Source of the DNA: Mobula hypostoma
Taxonomy: Eukaryota
Direction: 5' to 3'
Assembly: GCF_963921235.1 (NCBI RefSeq)
Contig: NC_086097.1
Span: 89,406,001-89,470,000, forward strand
DNA: 64,000 nucleotides
Shown: one piece after another, positions 36,126 to 49,123 of the stretch
Numbering within the stretch: position 1 is the stretch's first letter
Layout: the number at the start of each line of letters is the position of its first letter
Notes under the pieces: generated by a model
The model's database searches: none
What the model saw: only the letters and a program-made list of their open reading frames with translations
What the model was told of the DNA's origin: nothing
Program-made: the position numbers and the translations under genes

Positions 36126-39100
36126 CCACAGGGGGTTTTCAGCGAATTAATCTATCAGAAACTTTTTGCAGCAACAAAAAACTTGGGGGAAATAATTGGC
36201 TTTGAAGAGCCATGCAAAAACTCTGACAAAGTCTGTGTGACAAAGCTATTGTCAAGTTATGTTGACATTGCATGAGCCCTAATGATCATCTAGCTTGAAG
36301 TGAGCTTACTCTCGGCTCTCGTAAGGTGAATTTGTGTTGAACATCTTGATGGTGACTGGGTGGATTTGAAACCCCTTGCCACTGCATGGGTCAATGTGTC
36401 AGATACCAGTTGGGTGCTGTTAGACTCTGAGATCTGGCTGCAGGTCTTGTTACAGTCACCCATAGCCCACTCTATCTCTTCTTCACTTGCACTCAGCTCA
36501 GTGGCAAGAGCTAGGTTGATGGGTACTGGATAGAGTAATATTCAATTAGCAAGCAAATTAAGCTAATTCGATGTTAGTTATAATCACCTAATGTTGGTTG
36601 GTCTCATTGCTCTGAATTGATCTTTCCTTCACGTAGGACTTCCACCTTTTCTGCCGGTGAGTTTTGTGCACAGCTCTTGATTTTCCAATCACAATCTTGC
36701 CATCATTCCTCACTCCAGTGTGTTGTGCATGTGTGTGCCATTTTGCACGTGTTGGTTTGTGTCTGTCTGTTTGTCTGTTCTCTCCCTCCAACCATCCGTG
36801 CCTCCTCCATCCCCACCGCCGCCATCCCCACCACCTCCATCCGCCTCCTTCCTCCCCCTCCTCTCCCCACCCATCCCCCAGCCCCCCCCTTGCTCCTCCA
36901 TTCCATGCATGACTACAGGAGTAGGGTTGCATTACCATCTTCCCCACATTGATGTCCACTCACTCCCCTCATTCCGTTAGTTTCCTGGTGGAGTAAGTCA
37001 TCAATTGATTTCAATGATCACATTGAGGTGGGCCAAGCCCTACTGTTTGTTTCTGTGTCTGGGTGTAGGAAGGCAGTGGGGGGTAGTGAATGTTTGGAAT
37101 CAGTGCTACGCTTGCATCCAGTCCATTGCAATAACCTGGAATTTAGATTTGTGATCACAGACAGACACACACAGCAACAGGCCCTTCAGCCCATCAAATT
37201 TCACTGTCTCCACCTATTTGCACTGATCCCACACTAAACCACTTTTTTCTTTCCACACTCCCATTAACTCTCCCAGATCCCAGCACTCGTAGTGAGAAGA
37301 GGAAAGTCACAAAATGATTGATCTACCAGCCTGTAAGTCTTTTGAATGTGGAGGAAGCTAGAGCACTCGGAGGAAGGTTACATGGTCTGAGGGACACTGT
37401 GAAAGCAGACAGACCGTACCAGAGATCAGTTTCACACAATCATCACTGGAGCTGTGAGACAGCAGCTCGCCAGTCACACCACCTGCCGCCACCAAAGGTG
37501 GTTTGTTCCTTACTTGTGCTCACCCTACGTTTCTCCATGATTCCAGCTCTATAACTTGGCATCTTCCTTAGCCTGGAAGAGATTGCACATGACACAGATG
37601 GCTGCAGCCACCCCTGCCGAACTCTGTTTCCACAGGTAGGGCATCACAGCAGCATAGTGATTCGCATGAATCTATTACAGCTCAGGGCGCTGGAGTTTGG
37701 AGTTCAGTTCTGGCACCGTCTGTAAGGAGCTTGTGACCATATGAGTTTTCCACGGTGCCCCGGTTTCCTCCCACAGTCCAAAGACGTAAGACATACCAGA
37801 TAGTAGGTTAATTGGTCATTGTAAATTGTCCTGTGACCAGGCTGGGTTGCTGGGTATCACGGCTGTCTCATTCGGTATCTCTAAATAAATAAATATGACG
37901 TCATTCTTCCCCAGGCCACCTTCATTCTTGTTTCTGCTGCCCGTTACGCTGCTGGTGTTTAGGGCAGCAATGAAGATCCTCCATTTCTGGGGGTGTTCAT
38001 GGCTTCTGTCGTTGTGTCAGTAGCTTCCTCTCAGTCTTCACAGGCTGTTAGTCATGCAAGTCCCAGCTGGAGACTCGAGAATACCATCGCACTCAAATAT
38101 AGAGAGAATCTTCATTGCTGTTTCCATAACAATTTTGTTTTACCAGTCAGGGTTGTTCGCCTTGAGCTGATACCCCTAACCTGAAGGACCATGGGCCACT
38201 CTTAGTCTGGCCTCTACTCTTTGACCTCATGTTTGGCATGAGTTGACCCTACCAAGAGCCAAAGCGTAAAGCCCCGATGCCTGCCAACATGGGTCTCTGA
38301 GTCATTGAGACCTGCAAGCCTCCAAACCCTATGGCAACGTTATGGCCCTCTTGGAGGTTCATCCTTGTGTCCTCTGACAATCTTCTCACTTAGCCTTTCA
38401 CTCGTAGATCACCAAAATTTCCTGAGAGCAATTCCACAATTATCTTGGTCAGTTCTAGCAATAACATTGGATGTATTCCTTTCTATTACATCTAACTACC
38501 CCCTTTTTTTTCAATTTCTTCTATCCAACACCCGCTTTGTCGGTCAGTTTTTAGATTCCTGGCTTATTAAGGTTTTACAATCCCTCTTCGGTGCTCCATT
38601 CTGATACTGCTAGTTTGCAAAACTATCCACTATTAACCTCCTTTGACTGGATGAAGATTTCCATTTCCTTCCTCCAAATATAACAAACCATTATGAGGAC
38701 CTATATGTGTCCGTGTAGGTGGTGGGATGGAGATATGTTTCTACCAAAGGAGGTGTAAAGCCCTCCGCTAGCCTGCGAGTCATCCTTGAGGGTGTAGCAT
38801 CTGCTGAGCCGACACCCCCTCCCCCACCCCCCACCAATCAGGGTCACATAAAGCTATAGGAGCATGTGGTGAATGGTTGTATGAGCAGCTGGTGCATATC
38901 ACAAGTCCTGGTTATGCAGCCACTAACACGAGGCAGACACTCTCTGCAGAGTTTTGAAGATGGTTGGGATCACCTGTCTTGTAAAGACACTACCCAGAAG
39001 TGGTAGACCTCTTCTGTGGAAAAATTTGCCAAGCGTAATGATTGCCACTTCATACGACTCAGCACATAATAATAATGATGATGATGTGTCCTTGGCCACT

Positions 39101-40604
39101 GGAGTAGAACCTAACTTCATCATCAAATGCAACATCCTGAATTTTGTGGAAGTTGTCAGTTTTTGCGCTCAAAGCCAGGAGACACTTTTGGAGCCTATCA
39201 TTGGTATTAAATGTGGAACTTGAGGTGCTGTGGGCACAGTTCCCTCTGAGCTGCGTAGGTAGGCGGCTGCACGGTATCTGAAATGCTCCTGCACACATAG
39301 CCTTTGTTGCCATGCAGCTGGAATTGGATGCATAGAGAAAAAGCTTACAAAATGTGAAAGATTTTTTTTAACTGTATTTCATTAATCCCTTCAATTGATA
39401 AATAAAATCACAACTATGTGTTCTTTCAATTTTCATTCTAAATGTTCATAGTCTGCATATTACAAATCAAAAAAAAATTTAAAGTGCAGTGCAGTTTTCA
39501 GGCCATGTACAAATTCCCTGCTGAGAGTAATGGTTGGTCCATGCAACTATATTAAAAAAAATTAGAAGGAAGGTTGGCCGTGTGTAGCGATTCTCTATTC
39601 CTCCTGCGGTGCAATACTTAGCTGCCATCTCCAGTGTGATCAGTGATCCGATGAGATATTCAGGTATTGATAAGGAATCTTGTATTTGAAAAGAACCCTT
39701 GACAGTAGGATATATGAGTTTGATATGATAGTATGCAAAGCCCACTCATCACCAGACAGTGGCCTTAGGATGGGACATTGGAATAGACACTCATTTAGAA
39801 TAATTTCCTAAATGCTTACTCGGAGATTGAGTGATGGTGCACTGGAGCAGGTTAGCACCCTCCACACATCAGTCTCCTGTAGCTGAGAGGCAACATCTTT
39901 ACTAGCCGCACCATAGCGCCACCTAGTGGGCTCCGAGTCTTTGCCCTCATCTCCACGATTCCCGCTCTGACTCGGCAGGCTGTCAACCCTGAAGAGATTG
40001 CAAAGTGATTCTGACATTGCACAGGGTCATTCATGGGCTGTTACTTATGCTATGAGACAGCTGATCAAGTAATTGCCTCTTCAACAAACATTTAAATGTC
40101 GTGGGTGTGTCAACTACACTCACTGATGTCCACTCCAATAATGTGAAGATCGAGCAGGTGTGTGAAATAGCTGTAAATGATTGACTGACTAGTGAGCACT
40201 GGACATACTCATTCTGTTCATTGTTTCCTTTCTAGGCAAGTTTATGTAAAAAATTATCAGTTGGAATGGAAGCACTGAGTTGGCAATTTTTATTTCGGCA
40301 AGTGATGTTGTCTGCTATCTGCCCTTTATTTCCTGAACTTTTCTCTCTTACAATGGCTTTTTCAGACTCTCTCACTCCCTGCAACACACTAAGAAGATGG
40401 AGGAATTCGGACGGGGCGGGGGGGGGGGTGAGGTCAGACTATGGAGGAAAATGAACAGTAGACATTTCTGATTGAGACCCTTCATCAGTCCTGAAATATC
40501 CACTGTTAATTTCCCTCCTGAATTCTTCCATTTCCAGCGTGTGTGTCACTCAGTTTCTGGTTCCTTCACCCTCTTCCTGCTAGCATTTTCCTCATTTCCA
40601 CTTT

Positions 40605-40687
40605 TCACTCTCTCTCTCTTCCTCCTTCTTTTCTTTCTCTCTCTCTCTCTCTCACTCTCTCTCTCACTCTCACTCTCACTCTCACAG
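40605..40687 (+). repeat. (CT)n/(CTCACT)n microsatellite abutting the acceptor of exon 40705-40774
   Basis: Directly visible. Confidence 0.9.
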
Positions 40688-40704
40688 TTTTTCTCTCTTC
40701 ACAG

Positions 40705-40774
40705 TAACCTGCTGCAAGACCTTGACAGCTGTCACCATGACCCGGTTGCCATTGCTCGGTGCTTTGTGGACAAG
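40705..40774 (+). CDS. PLEKHG3: PLEKHG3 coding exon (DH): NLLQDLDSCHHDPVAIARCFVDK
   Basis: ttcacag|T ... AAG|gtgggt; 70 nt, phase 2 to 0. Confidence 0.93.
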
Positions 40775-41988
40775 GTGGGTCATGTATTTTAATACACACC
40801 AGAATGCACACAGGAACATAGTAGCATGAATATGCCATTTCGTATTCACTGTGCTGGCTACTTTCTCTCCCAGGTGTGGCACACACCTGTGAGATAATCC
40901 TGTTGGTGAATGTCACACTAGGTATATCAGCCCAAGAAGGAGATGCCCTATTTTATCTGCTATTGTGTGGTTTGCGGGTCCAAGCTAAATAGACTTGTTT
41001 GGTGGGGCAAAGGACTTTTCCACTTCTGATCTATGTTCCTGGGAGATTTGCCTTCAGAAGCTAGTCTGTTAGAGCCTATACTTGTGATTCCTTGACCTGC
41101 CCTGAGGCCCTTCCAGGGTATAATTTACTGCATAATGTAGATAGAGCTCACTTGCTAATAGAGGGCGACCAGTCCATGCATGGTATGGGGAAAGCATATA
41201 CGACAACTGTGCAGAGAAACAGGATTTTAAAAGACTGAAACTCCCCAGAACCTATGGCTTGGGGTCAACCCTGAGAGTAAATCCCCTTCATTCAGGAAGA
41301 GAATCCCAATCATAATTCCATATGGTCTTAAAATGTAGTTGCGGACTTGTACCATTTGGGTCACTGTCTGCTCCAGGATTCAATCATGGCTGATTTTTCG
41401 TTCAACCCACTTGCCAATCAAGAACTTATCAATCTCTGCCTTAAATACACCAAATGACTTGGCCTCTGTGGCAACAAATTCCACAGATTTACCAGCCTCT
41501 GGCAGAAGAAATTCCTCCTCAACTCAGTTTAATGCAACCATTCTCTCTACGTCCACGCTACTCGGCCCTTTTAATATCTAGTGGGTTTCAGTATGATATC
41601 CCTCATCCTCCTGAACTCCAATGAATACAGGACCAGAGACATAAAACACTCTTCATTTCTGGATCATTCTTGTGGACCTTTTTTTAGACCCTTTCCAGAG
41701 CCTGTGCATATGTGGTTCAAAATTACTTGCACCTTGAACCCAACCATGCTTGGATGTCCCTCTGTCTCAGTTACGCATGTCCTTTATTACTTTATGAATG
41801 AGTTCTAAAGTTTACATAGTGACTTTGTATAATTTAAGACATACAGTAAGTCCAGGGGCTTCTACACACTGATACATCCAAACATAACCACAGTGGCTGG
41901 ATCAGGGGAAATGTTGGAAGCATTCACATGTTTAGATTTTCTGTTTACACAGCAGAGAAATCATACCATCTTCTATTCTCTCTTCTAG

Positions 41989-42035
41989 AGTCAGGATTTT
42001 GACATTTATACCCAGTACTGTACCAACTACCCCAA
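41989..42035 (+). CDS. PLEKHG3: PLEKHG3 coding exon (DH): SQDFDIYTQYCTNYP(N)
   Basis: tcttctag|AGT ... CCCAA|gtaagt; 47 nt, phase 0 to 2. Confidence 0.94.
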
Positions 42036-42094
42036 GTAAGTATGGATCTTTTGATCAAGATATTGTACTCATTTAATACTTTGGGCAAGAATCA

Positions 42095-42758
42095 GCATGA
42101 CATCTACAACTTTGACAAACTGTATAGATGTGTAGTGGAGAATATATTGACTGGCTGCGTCACAGCCTGGTCTGGAAACACCAATGCCCTTGAACAGAAA
42201 ATCCTACAAAAAAGTAGTGGATACGTCCCAATCCATTGTGGGTAAAGCCCTCCCCACCATTGAGCACATCTACATGAAACGCTGTTGCAGGAAAGCAGGA
42301 TTCATCATTAAGGGACCCATCACCACCCAGGACATGCTCTCTGCTCGCTGCTGCCATCAGGAAGAAGCTACGGGATCATTAGGACTCACACCGCCAGGTT
42401 CGGGAACAGTTATTACCCCTCAACTGTGAGGCCCTTGAACCAGAGGGGGTTAACTTCACTCATTGTTCCATCATTGAAATGCTCCCACAACCTATGTACT
42501 AACTTTCAAGGACTCTTCATCTCACATTCTTGATATTGATTGCTTATAAATTTATTATTATTATTTCTTTCTTTCTTGTATTTGCACAGTTTGTTCTCTT
42601 TTTCACACTGGGTGACCATCCAAGTTGATGTGGTCTTTAATTGATTCTGTCATGGTTGTTATTCTCTTATGTATTTACTGAGTATGCCCGCAAGAGAATG
42701 AAAACCAGGTTTGTATATAGTGAAATATATGTACTTTGATAATAAATTTACTTTGAAC
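42095..42758 (+). mobile_element. Rex1/Babar-type LINE 3' fragment just downstream of exon 41989-42035
   Basis: LYRCVVENILTGCVTAW, LPTIEHIYMKRC; tail gataataaatttactttgaac. Confidence 0.82.
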
Positions 42759-44049
42759 AAGAAGGTTGAGCACAAGAAAGGAGTTCTTCGTTACCTGATC
42801 AGAGATTCCTATTCTGTAAACAAAGATAGGCAGTCGCCAGGAGTGATATCCAGAATGGATCATTATGTTGTTTCAGACCCAGCAGCTCCATGATGGTGGT
42901 GTTCACTCAGGTCACCTTTGAGTAGCACTGGTAGCATTCCTGTTTCTGTGTTGGAAGGTCATGGGTTCAAGTTCCTATGTCAGGTACGAGAGCATCTAAG
43001 CAAAGTTGCCATTCCCTGTGCAGCAACACAGTAACAAGGCACGAGTAAGCTTCTTTGTCCTGCTTTACTTTTTAATGCCATCGTGGGTGATCATTTACTT
43101 CAGCAGCTTGTCTCTACATTCTCCCTCATCCTTGTGAAATGTAATTATGTCATTATTGAATGAATTTAATGATTTGAGGGAATGCCAAGCCGTATTTCAG
43201 TTGGGATGTTAAACTCCAATTTCACCTGCTTTCTTCTCCACTCCTGAATTTAACTGAAGTTGTGTTGCTGCTATGCTATCACGTATGAGGAAGTTTGGTT
43301 TTGCTGAGAGATTAGTGAAACTGGGACAGTTCTCAGAATGGTGAAGGTGAAGCAAAGGTTTAGCAGAGGTATTTAAGAGGCAGTTGTTTCAGCCAACAGG
43401 AAGCTCAGTATCCAGAAAAAAGAAATGTTTATTAGATGATTTGTTGAATAAGTTGAGGTTAATATTTTCAAGTGGCACATTGTGATGATTTGAAATAAAA
43501 CAAGTTTGAATGCTTACAGCACGAAGGAGGATGTTCGGTCCATCCAGGCTATACCCGCTCCATATAGGAGCAACCCAGCTTGTCCTACTCTCTGCCCGCT
43601 TCCTTTGCCCTGCATACTCTTTGTCTTTTCAGCCTGGGAGAGGAGTGGCTATTCAGTAGGGTGTACTCCAGTAAGTAAACTCCTTTGTTAGTGACTAAAC
43701 ACACACATTGATACTCAGTAAATTGGAGAGGTCATGACTGCCTTGCCTGTGTGTTAAAGAGAAACTTACAGTGGAAACTATAAACTCAGTTACAACATAA
43801 CTATTCTGTAAGCAATAACTATCAAAGGGAAACTGGTTAAGGGTTTGGGAATATGTGAAAGCGAAGCTTGGGACTAATTCGATAGCTCCTATTAGGAATG
43901 AGCACAGCAGGAGCAGCTGAGTAACTGCACTGGGCATCACCTACTTGCTTCATTAATCTGACTGTCTCCTGAGAGCCTCCTCACTGTTGCTTGGTTTTCT
44001 CCTTGCTCATATTGAGTGGGTCACCCTCTTCACCTTCTGCATCCTGCAG

Positions 44050-44200
44050 CTCTGTGGCGGCCCTGACCGAGTGCATGAGGAACAAGGTCCTGGCCAAGTT
44101 CTTCAGGGAACGGCAGTCAACACTGAAGCGCTCCCTCCCTCTGGGCTCGTACCTGCTGAAGCCAGTTCAGAGGATCCTTAAGTATCATCTCCTGTTGCAG
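44050..44200 (+). CDS. PLEKHG3: PLEKHG3 coding exon (DH): [12 protein letters not shown]...[16 protein letters not shown]
   Basis: cctgcag|C ... CAG|gtaagc; 151 nt, phase 2 to 0; [13 protein letters not shown] is the conserved DH CR3 motif. Confidence 0.96.
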
Positions 44201-45479
44201 GTAAGCAAGGTGAATGGTCAGCCTATGTCAGAATCCACCCAGGGCATAACCAGCGACCTCCACCACCATGAAGGTCAAGGATATGGGCTGCCGGTAATAC
44301 TAATCCCTGTAGAGTCACCATCTTGGATGTATATGGCTGAGCCAAAAACCTGTTGCTCCCTTCTCAGAAACACTGTAGGAGTTCCTTGACCAGGGAACTC
44401 TCGTGGGTCACCTTTTCATGATCTCTTTGTTTCAGTATTATTTCAAATACAGTAGATGTCTGGGTACAAGAGTTCTGTTACTACTTTTCTTTTGGCGTTT
44501 GCACTGGTCAAGCTCTTTCAGGCTCCACTCTGATGGTTTAATTGCATTATTCGATATCCAATCCCTCCTTCAAGCAAGGACTGTGACTGCAGGAGATGCC
44601 TTTGGTGGAACTCATTGTACTTCCCCAACCAGACTACTCATCCACACCTCCCAAACGTGTGACCCATGTCACCAGAAGAACAAGAGCAGCAGGCAAATGG
44701 AAGCATCAGTGCCTTCAGGCTCCACTCCATGTCACCCATTTATTGTTTCTGCCCCATTCTGGTGGCCCTCTCGCTCTTCCCTGCCCTCGTGACCTACCCA
44801 TCGCCTCCCTCTGGCTCCTCAGCTCCTTCCCTTTATTCCACTGTCCTCTCCTACCAGATTCCTTCTTCAGCCTTTACTTTTTCCAACCCTCCCCACCCAC
44901 CTTCCCGCTCACCTGATCTCACCTATCACTGGTCAGCTTATACTCTTTCCCCTTTCCACCCATCTTCTTATTCTGGTTTCTGCCCCCTTCCTTTCCAATC
45001 CTGCTGAAGGATCTCAGCTTGAAACAGAGCTGTTTATTCCCCCTCAGTGATGCTGACTGACTTGCTAAGTTATGCCATCATTTTGTGTCTCTGTTGCTCA
45101 AGGAAATGGATGATGGTTCCTTTATCATTGTATCTAGGTCAGGGAACACCTGACCCAACAACACCAGAAGGAAGGCAACCGTTGAAAAAGGTGCTCACTA
45201 CCACTTTTCCAAGGCCAGATAGGGATTGACAATAGATAATGGCCTTGCCTTATAATTCAGTGGAAAAAAAATCAGTGCTAATATTGAGAATGTACTGAGG
45301 GAGGACTGCACCATTGGAAATGCTGTCTTCACAGAACAATTGTTTAAACTCTGCTCAACATGTCAGGTTGATGGATGCATTAGAATCCATTGAAGTGTTG
45401 GAGAGGAGCGAGGGAAATCTCATCTGCCTAGTAATTTAATCTCAGCCACAATTATCAAAACAAATCACTTTATGTGGGA

Positions 45480-45832
45480 CACGAGGAATTCTGCCGATGC
45501 TGGAAATTCAAGCAACACACATCAAAGTTGCTGGTGAACGCAGCAGGCCAGGCAGCATCTCTAGGAAGAGGTACAGTCGACGTTTCAGGCCGAGACCCTT
45601 CGTCAGGACTAACTGAAAGAAGAGATAGTAAGAGATTTGAAAGTGGGAGGGGGAGGGGGAGATCCAAAATGATAAGAGAAGACAGGAGGGGGCGGGATGG
45701 AGCCAAGAGCTGGACAGGTGATTGGCAAAGGGGATATGAGAGGATCATGGGACAGGAGGCCTAGGGAGAAGGAAAAGGGGGGGGGGACCCAGAGGATGGG
45801 CAAGTGGTATAGTCAGAGGGACAGAGGGAGAG
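45480..45832 (-). mobile_element. young Penelope-like 3' end with 11-bp TSD
   Basis: TSD tttatgtggga at 45469-45479 and 45833-45843; first about 130 bp nearly identical to 15545-15675. Confidence 0.9.
45575..45610 (-). ncRNA. minimal type-I hammerhead ribozyme motif with fully canonical core
   Basis: Minus strand AGUC-CUGACGA-AGGGUCUCGGCCU-GAAAC-GUC^GACU: stem I AGUC/GACU, stem II hairpin, palindromic ACGU helix III, GUC cleavage triplet (predicted cut between 45579 and 45578). Confidence 0.72.
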
Positions 45833-46623
45833 TTTATGTGGGAGTTTGCTCTGCACAAATTGACTGTTGCTTTATCCATCTTTTAACAGACTGTATGTCC
45901 AAAGTTTCTGCCCAGGGGAGCAGTAGAGAGGCTACCTCAATTAAAACGCAGTTAGGTAGATTTTTGCATAACAGGTGAATTCAGGATGATGGGGGGAAAG
46001 GCAGGTAGGTGGAGTTGAGAGCATGTCCAGATCAGCCATGATCTTCTTCAATGCAGTAGCAGGCTCGACTGGCCAGAATAGCCGATTACTACTCCTGTGT
46101 CTTAAGTTCTTAAAACATTTTGTTGCTGAGATGTGTTTTCAGGTATGCTGCTGTTACTGAAAGGCATTATATTAATCAAAGTTCATTCTTTTTCCATCGA
46201 AGCCTGAAGATCCTCTGGTGCGCTGTTTATTTCCGTGCCGTGAGATTGAAAATCTGCCCTCTGCTGAGTGCTAGCAACCCCTTCTGGGTTGTTTCACGTC
46301 ACTGGAAATTTTGCGTATTGAGCGTTTGATGTTTCCTTTGAACAGGTTCTATGGTGTTCCTTTGTTTCATGGTTGTCTGTGGGAAGACGAATCTCAGGGT
46401 TGTAAACTGCATACATTGATAATAAATGTACTTTGAATCTTGGAAATGAGCATGCACAAGTGAGATATCAGTGTACTACTTTTTAAATAAGAAGAGAACT
46501 GGCTGGGATGTACAATTGAAGAGGAAAAGCTGGAAGAGAAAGGAGAGCAATGTGTGTCCTGATTGAATGATGGAGTAGACTTGAGTAGCTGCATTCAGAT
46601 TTTCCTGTCTGTTCTTGCCACAG

Positions 46624-46755
46624 GAAATAGCAAAGCACTTTGACATCAACCAGGAGGGCTATGAGGTGATTGATGAAGCTATTGACACCATGACAGGTGT
46701 GGCCTGGTACATCAATGACATGAAGAGGAAACACGAGCATGCTATTCGACTGCAG
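46624..46755 (+). CDS. PLEKHG3: PLEKHG3 coding exon (DH end): EIAKHFD...[15 protein letters not shown]
   Basis: gccacag|GAA ... CAG|gtacgt; 132 nt, phase 0 to 0. Confidence 0.95.
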
Positions 46756-46958
46756 GTACGTACGTACACACACACTCAACAAACTCTCTCCTTCGTTTCA
46801 GCTTGCCCGTTCCGTCATCTGTCTCATGTTTTCAGGCCTCATTCCTCTCATACACACATTCAGATAGAATCCCGTGGGGCTGTTGGGTCACGTGGGATAT
46901 CTTCATTCCCTGTGATAATATTTTGAGAAGAAGCTGACCTTTCATCTTGCCTTTCCAG

Positions 46959-47141
46959 GAGGTTCAGAGCTTGATGATACACTGGAATGGGCCGGACCTG
47001 ACAACGTATGGAGAGCTTGTCCTGGAAGGAACCTTCCGGATTCACCGGGCCAAAAATGAACGCACTTTACTCCTTTTTGACAAGATTCTGCTGCTGACCA
47101 AGAAAAGAGGCGAACACTTCGTTTACAAGACTCACATTATG
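46959..47141 (+). CDS. PLEKHG3: PLEKHG3 coding exon (PH start): [26 protein letters not shown]...YKTHIM
   Basis: ctttccag|GAG ... ATG|gtatct; 183 nt, phase 0 to 0. Confidence 0.95.
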
Positions 47142-47370
47142 GTATCTCCTATAAGCAGCTTTTTGCAAATCAACACAGTTAAATATACAAGAGGTCTATT
47201 GATGGGTGGCTTCTAGGGAGTAATTGACAGGCTGGAGTCCTAATCAGGATGTCCGAATGATTTACATGGAGAATAAAATGGATAAAATCTAATATGTATG
47301 TAGCTTGGATGATTTAAAGAGTGAGTTACAGACTGCTATCTGTTGAAGGGGTTTGAGTGCTTTGTACATA

Positions 47371-47883
47371 CGGTACTGTGCAGAAGTCTTAGGCACATAT
47401 ATATTACTAGATTGCCTAAGACTTTTACACAGTACTGTAATAATTTTGTGTATTGAATTGTACTGCTACCACAAAAAAAAAATCATGACCTGTGAGCAAT
47501 GATAAACCTGATTCTGATATGGGTCTCAATTGTGGACTGAGAGTGGGAAAGGGGCCGGGAGCGGGGAATTGTGGTTGGGAAAAGGGGAAGGGAGAGTGCA
47601 GGGAGTGGGAAGCACCAGAGAGACATTCTGTAATGATCAATAAACCAGGTGTTTAAATGATTTGCCTGGTGTCTCAGGGCTGGGTGCATCTGCCCGGGCA
47701 CACCTTCTCTGCCAACTGTCCCACAACCCTCCTGGAGTGCTCCACTCTCGCCATTCCCAGCATCCTTTGCTCCCATCAGATTTACAAACTCACTCTCCGC
47801 TCCACATTGACAAATATAGTATAGTGCCAAAGTCTTAGGCACCCCAACTGTATAAATGTGCCTAAGACTTTTGCATAGTACTG
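47371..47883. mobile_element. compound Tc1-type non-autonomous element: two about 67-bp palindromic mini-MITEs flanking about 380 bp of cargo
   Basis: TA then cggtactgtgcagaagtcttaggcac...tgcctaagacttttacacagtactg (47371-47437); second unit about 47817-47883; cargo repeated at about 59360-59730. Confidence 0.82.
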
Positions 47884-48198
47884 TTGCTTTAAGGAACTGA
47901 GTACCCAGCTGTAAGCTAGTTTCACTGTGGATGTGCTACAAAGTGCATCTTTGAGAAGCCTACAGGGAATTGCTTTCTACCAGTGTTAAAGGTTCTGCCC
48001 AAACGTTTCAGGTTTGTAGCCTGTGCAAACTCGAGGTTCCATAGAGAGAAGCTTCAAGGTTTAATTGCTGCTGGCACCAAAATTAGGTGGTGGGAATGGC
48101 TGTTGCTGGTTTCCTGGGGAGCTCTGGTCAGCTAAAGTGAGGGAAGTAAGATGTCAAGCTGGGATTGTAATGGATTTGTTTTCTTCTCTCCCTGACAG

Positions 48199-48291
48199 TG
48201 CTCTGCATTGATGCTTATTGAGAGCACAAGAGACTCTTTGTGCTTCGGGCTGTCCCATTACAAGAACCCAAAGCAGCAACACACTGTCCAG
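48199..48291 (+). CDS. PLEKHG3: PLEKHG3 coding exon (PH): CSALMLIESTRDSLCFGLSHYKNPKQQHTVQ
   Basis: cctgacag|TGC ... CAG|gtacgg; 93 nt, phase 0 to 0. Confidence 0.95.
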
Positions 48292-48702
48292 GTACGGGAG
48301 TGCTCTGGTTTGAAGAAACTTGGACCACATGGAACCTTTGTCTTCCTTCCACTCCATTACACAATGTTCACCTTAACCTTCCCATGGCCCTAACGCTTCA
48401 TGTTGGTAAATAATTGAGTAGTGTTTGACTGATGCCTTGTTAGGCTGTTATTTAACTTTTTTCCTTGCTTCTTTCCCACAATGGTGCCAGCTTATTGGTC
48501 TAGTAGACATGAGGGTGGTATATCCTTCCAGGAGCATTGGTGGTGCTGTGAGGAATCCCCACCTCAAAACACTGCTAGAAGTTTTGATAGCCAGCTAAAC
48601 ACCAGGTCTATTTCTTTGCAGGTTGGAAAATCTGAGGAACGTTTAATTTTAAAACGCCTCTAACACTCAGGTGCTCTCTCTCTCTCTCTCTTTCTCTCGT
48701 GG

Positions 48703-48801
48703 TCCCAGACATCCCACCCTGCAAAAACTCATTTCAGGGAGGTAGCACCATCAATTTGCGGGAGACTCCTGGAACTTCCGGGAAAGGTGGGATGTCTGGG
48801 A
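48703..48801. mobile_element. about 99-bp TIR mini-element (probably hAT-type MITE)
   Basis: Perfect 16-bp inverted repeat tcccagacatcccacc (48703-48718) / ggtgggatgtctggga (48786-48801). Confidence 0.7.
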
Positions 48802-49123
48802 ATGGGATATTTGACAATGCACATACAGCAGTCCTGCACTTCCATTTAGGGTGGTGTGGCACTGAAACAGGCCACCATGCTACACTAATACCACTTACCC
48901 ACAATACACCTATAGCCTTGGTAATTCAAGTCTTGTCTAGGTTCTTTTTGAATATCGTGAGGTCATCTGCCTCCACCAGCTCCTCGAGCAGTGTGTTCCA
49001 GAATCCAAGCATCCTCTGTGTGAAAAATGTCCCCCACAAATCCTCTCTAAACACTTTGAATGGATACTCTCTTGGTTTAGACAGACCCACCATGGGGATA
49101 CAGATTTTTAATATCTACCCTAT

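Noticed and set aside
36690..36980. Overlapping Pro/Gly-rich ORFs
   Set aside because: Low-complexity C-rich tract that lacks stops by composition.
18340..45010. Idea that all sense-oriented hammerhead copies were inactivated by selection
   Set aside because: The sense copy at 22985-23020 has an intact core, several lesions are ordinary CpG decay, and the sample is too small.
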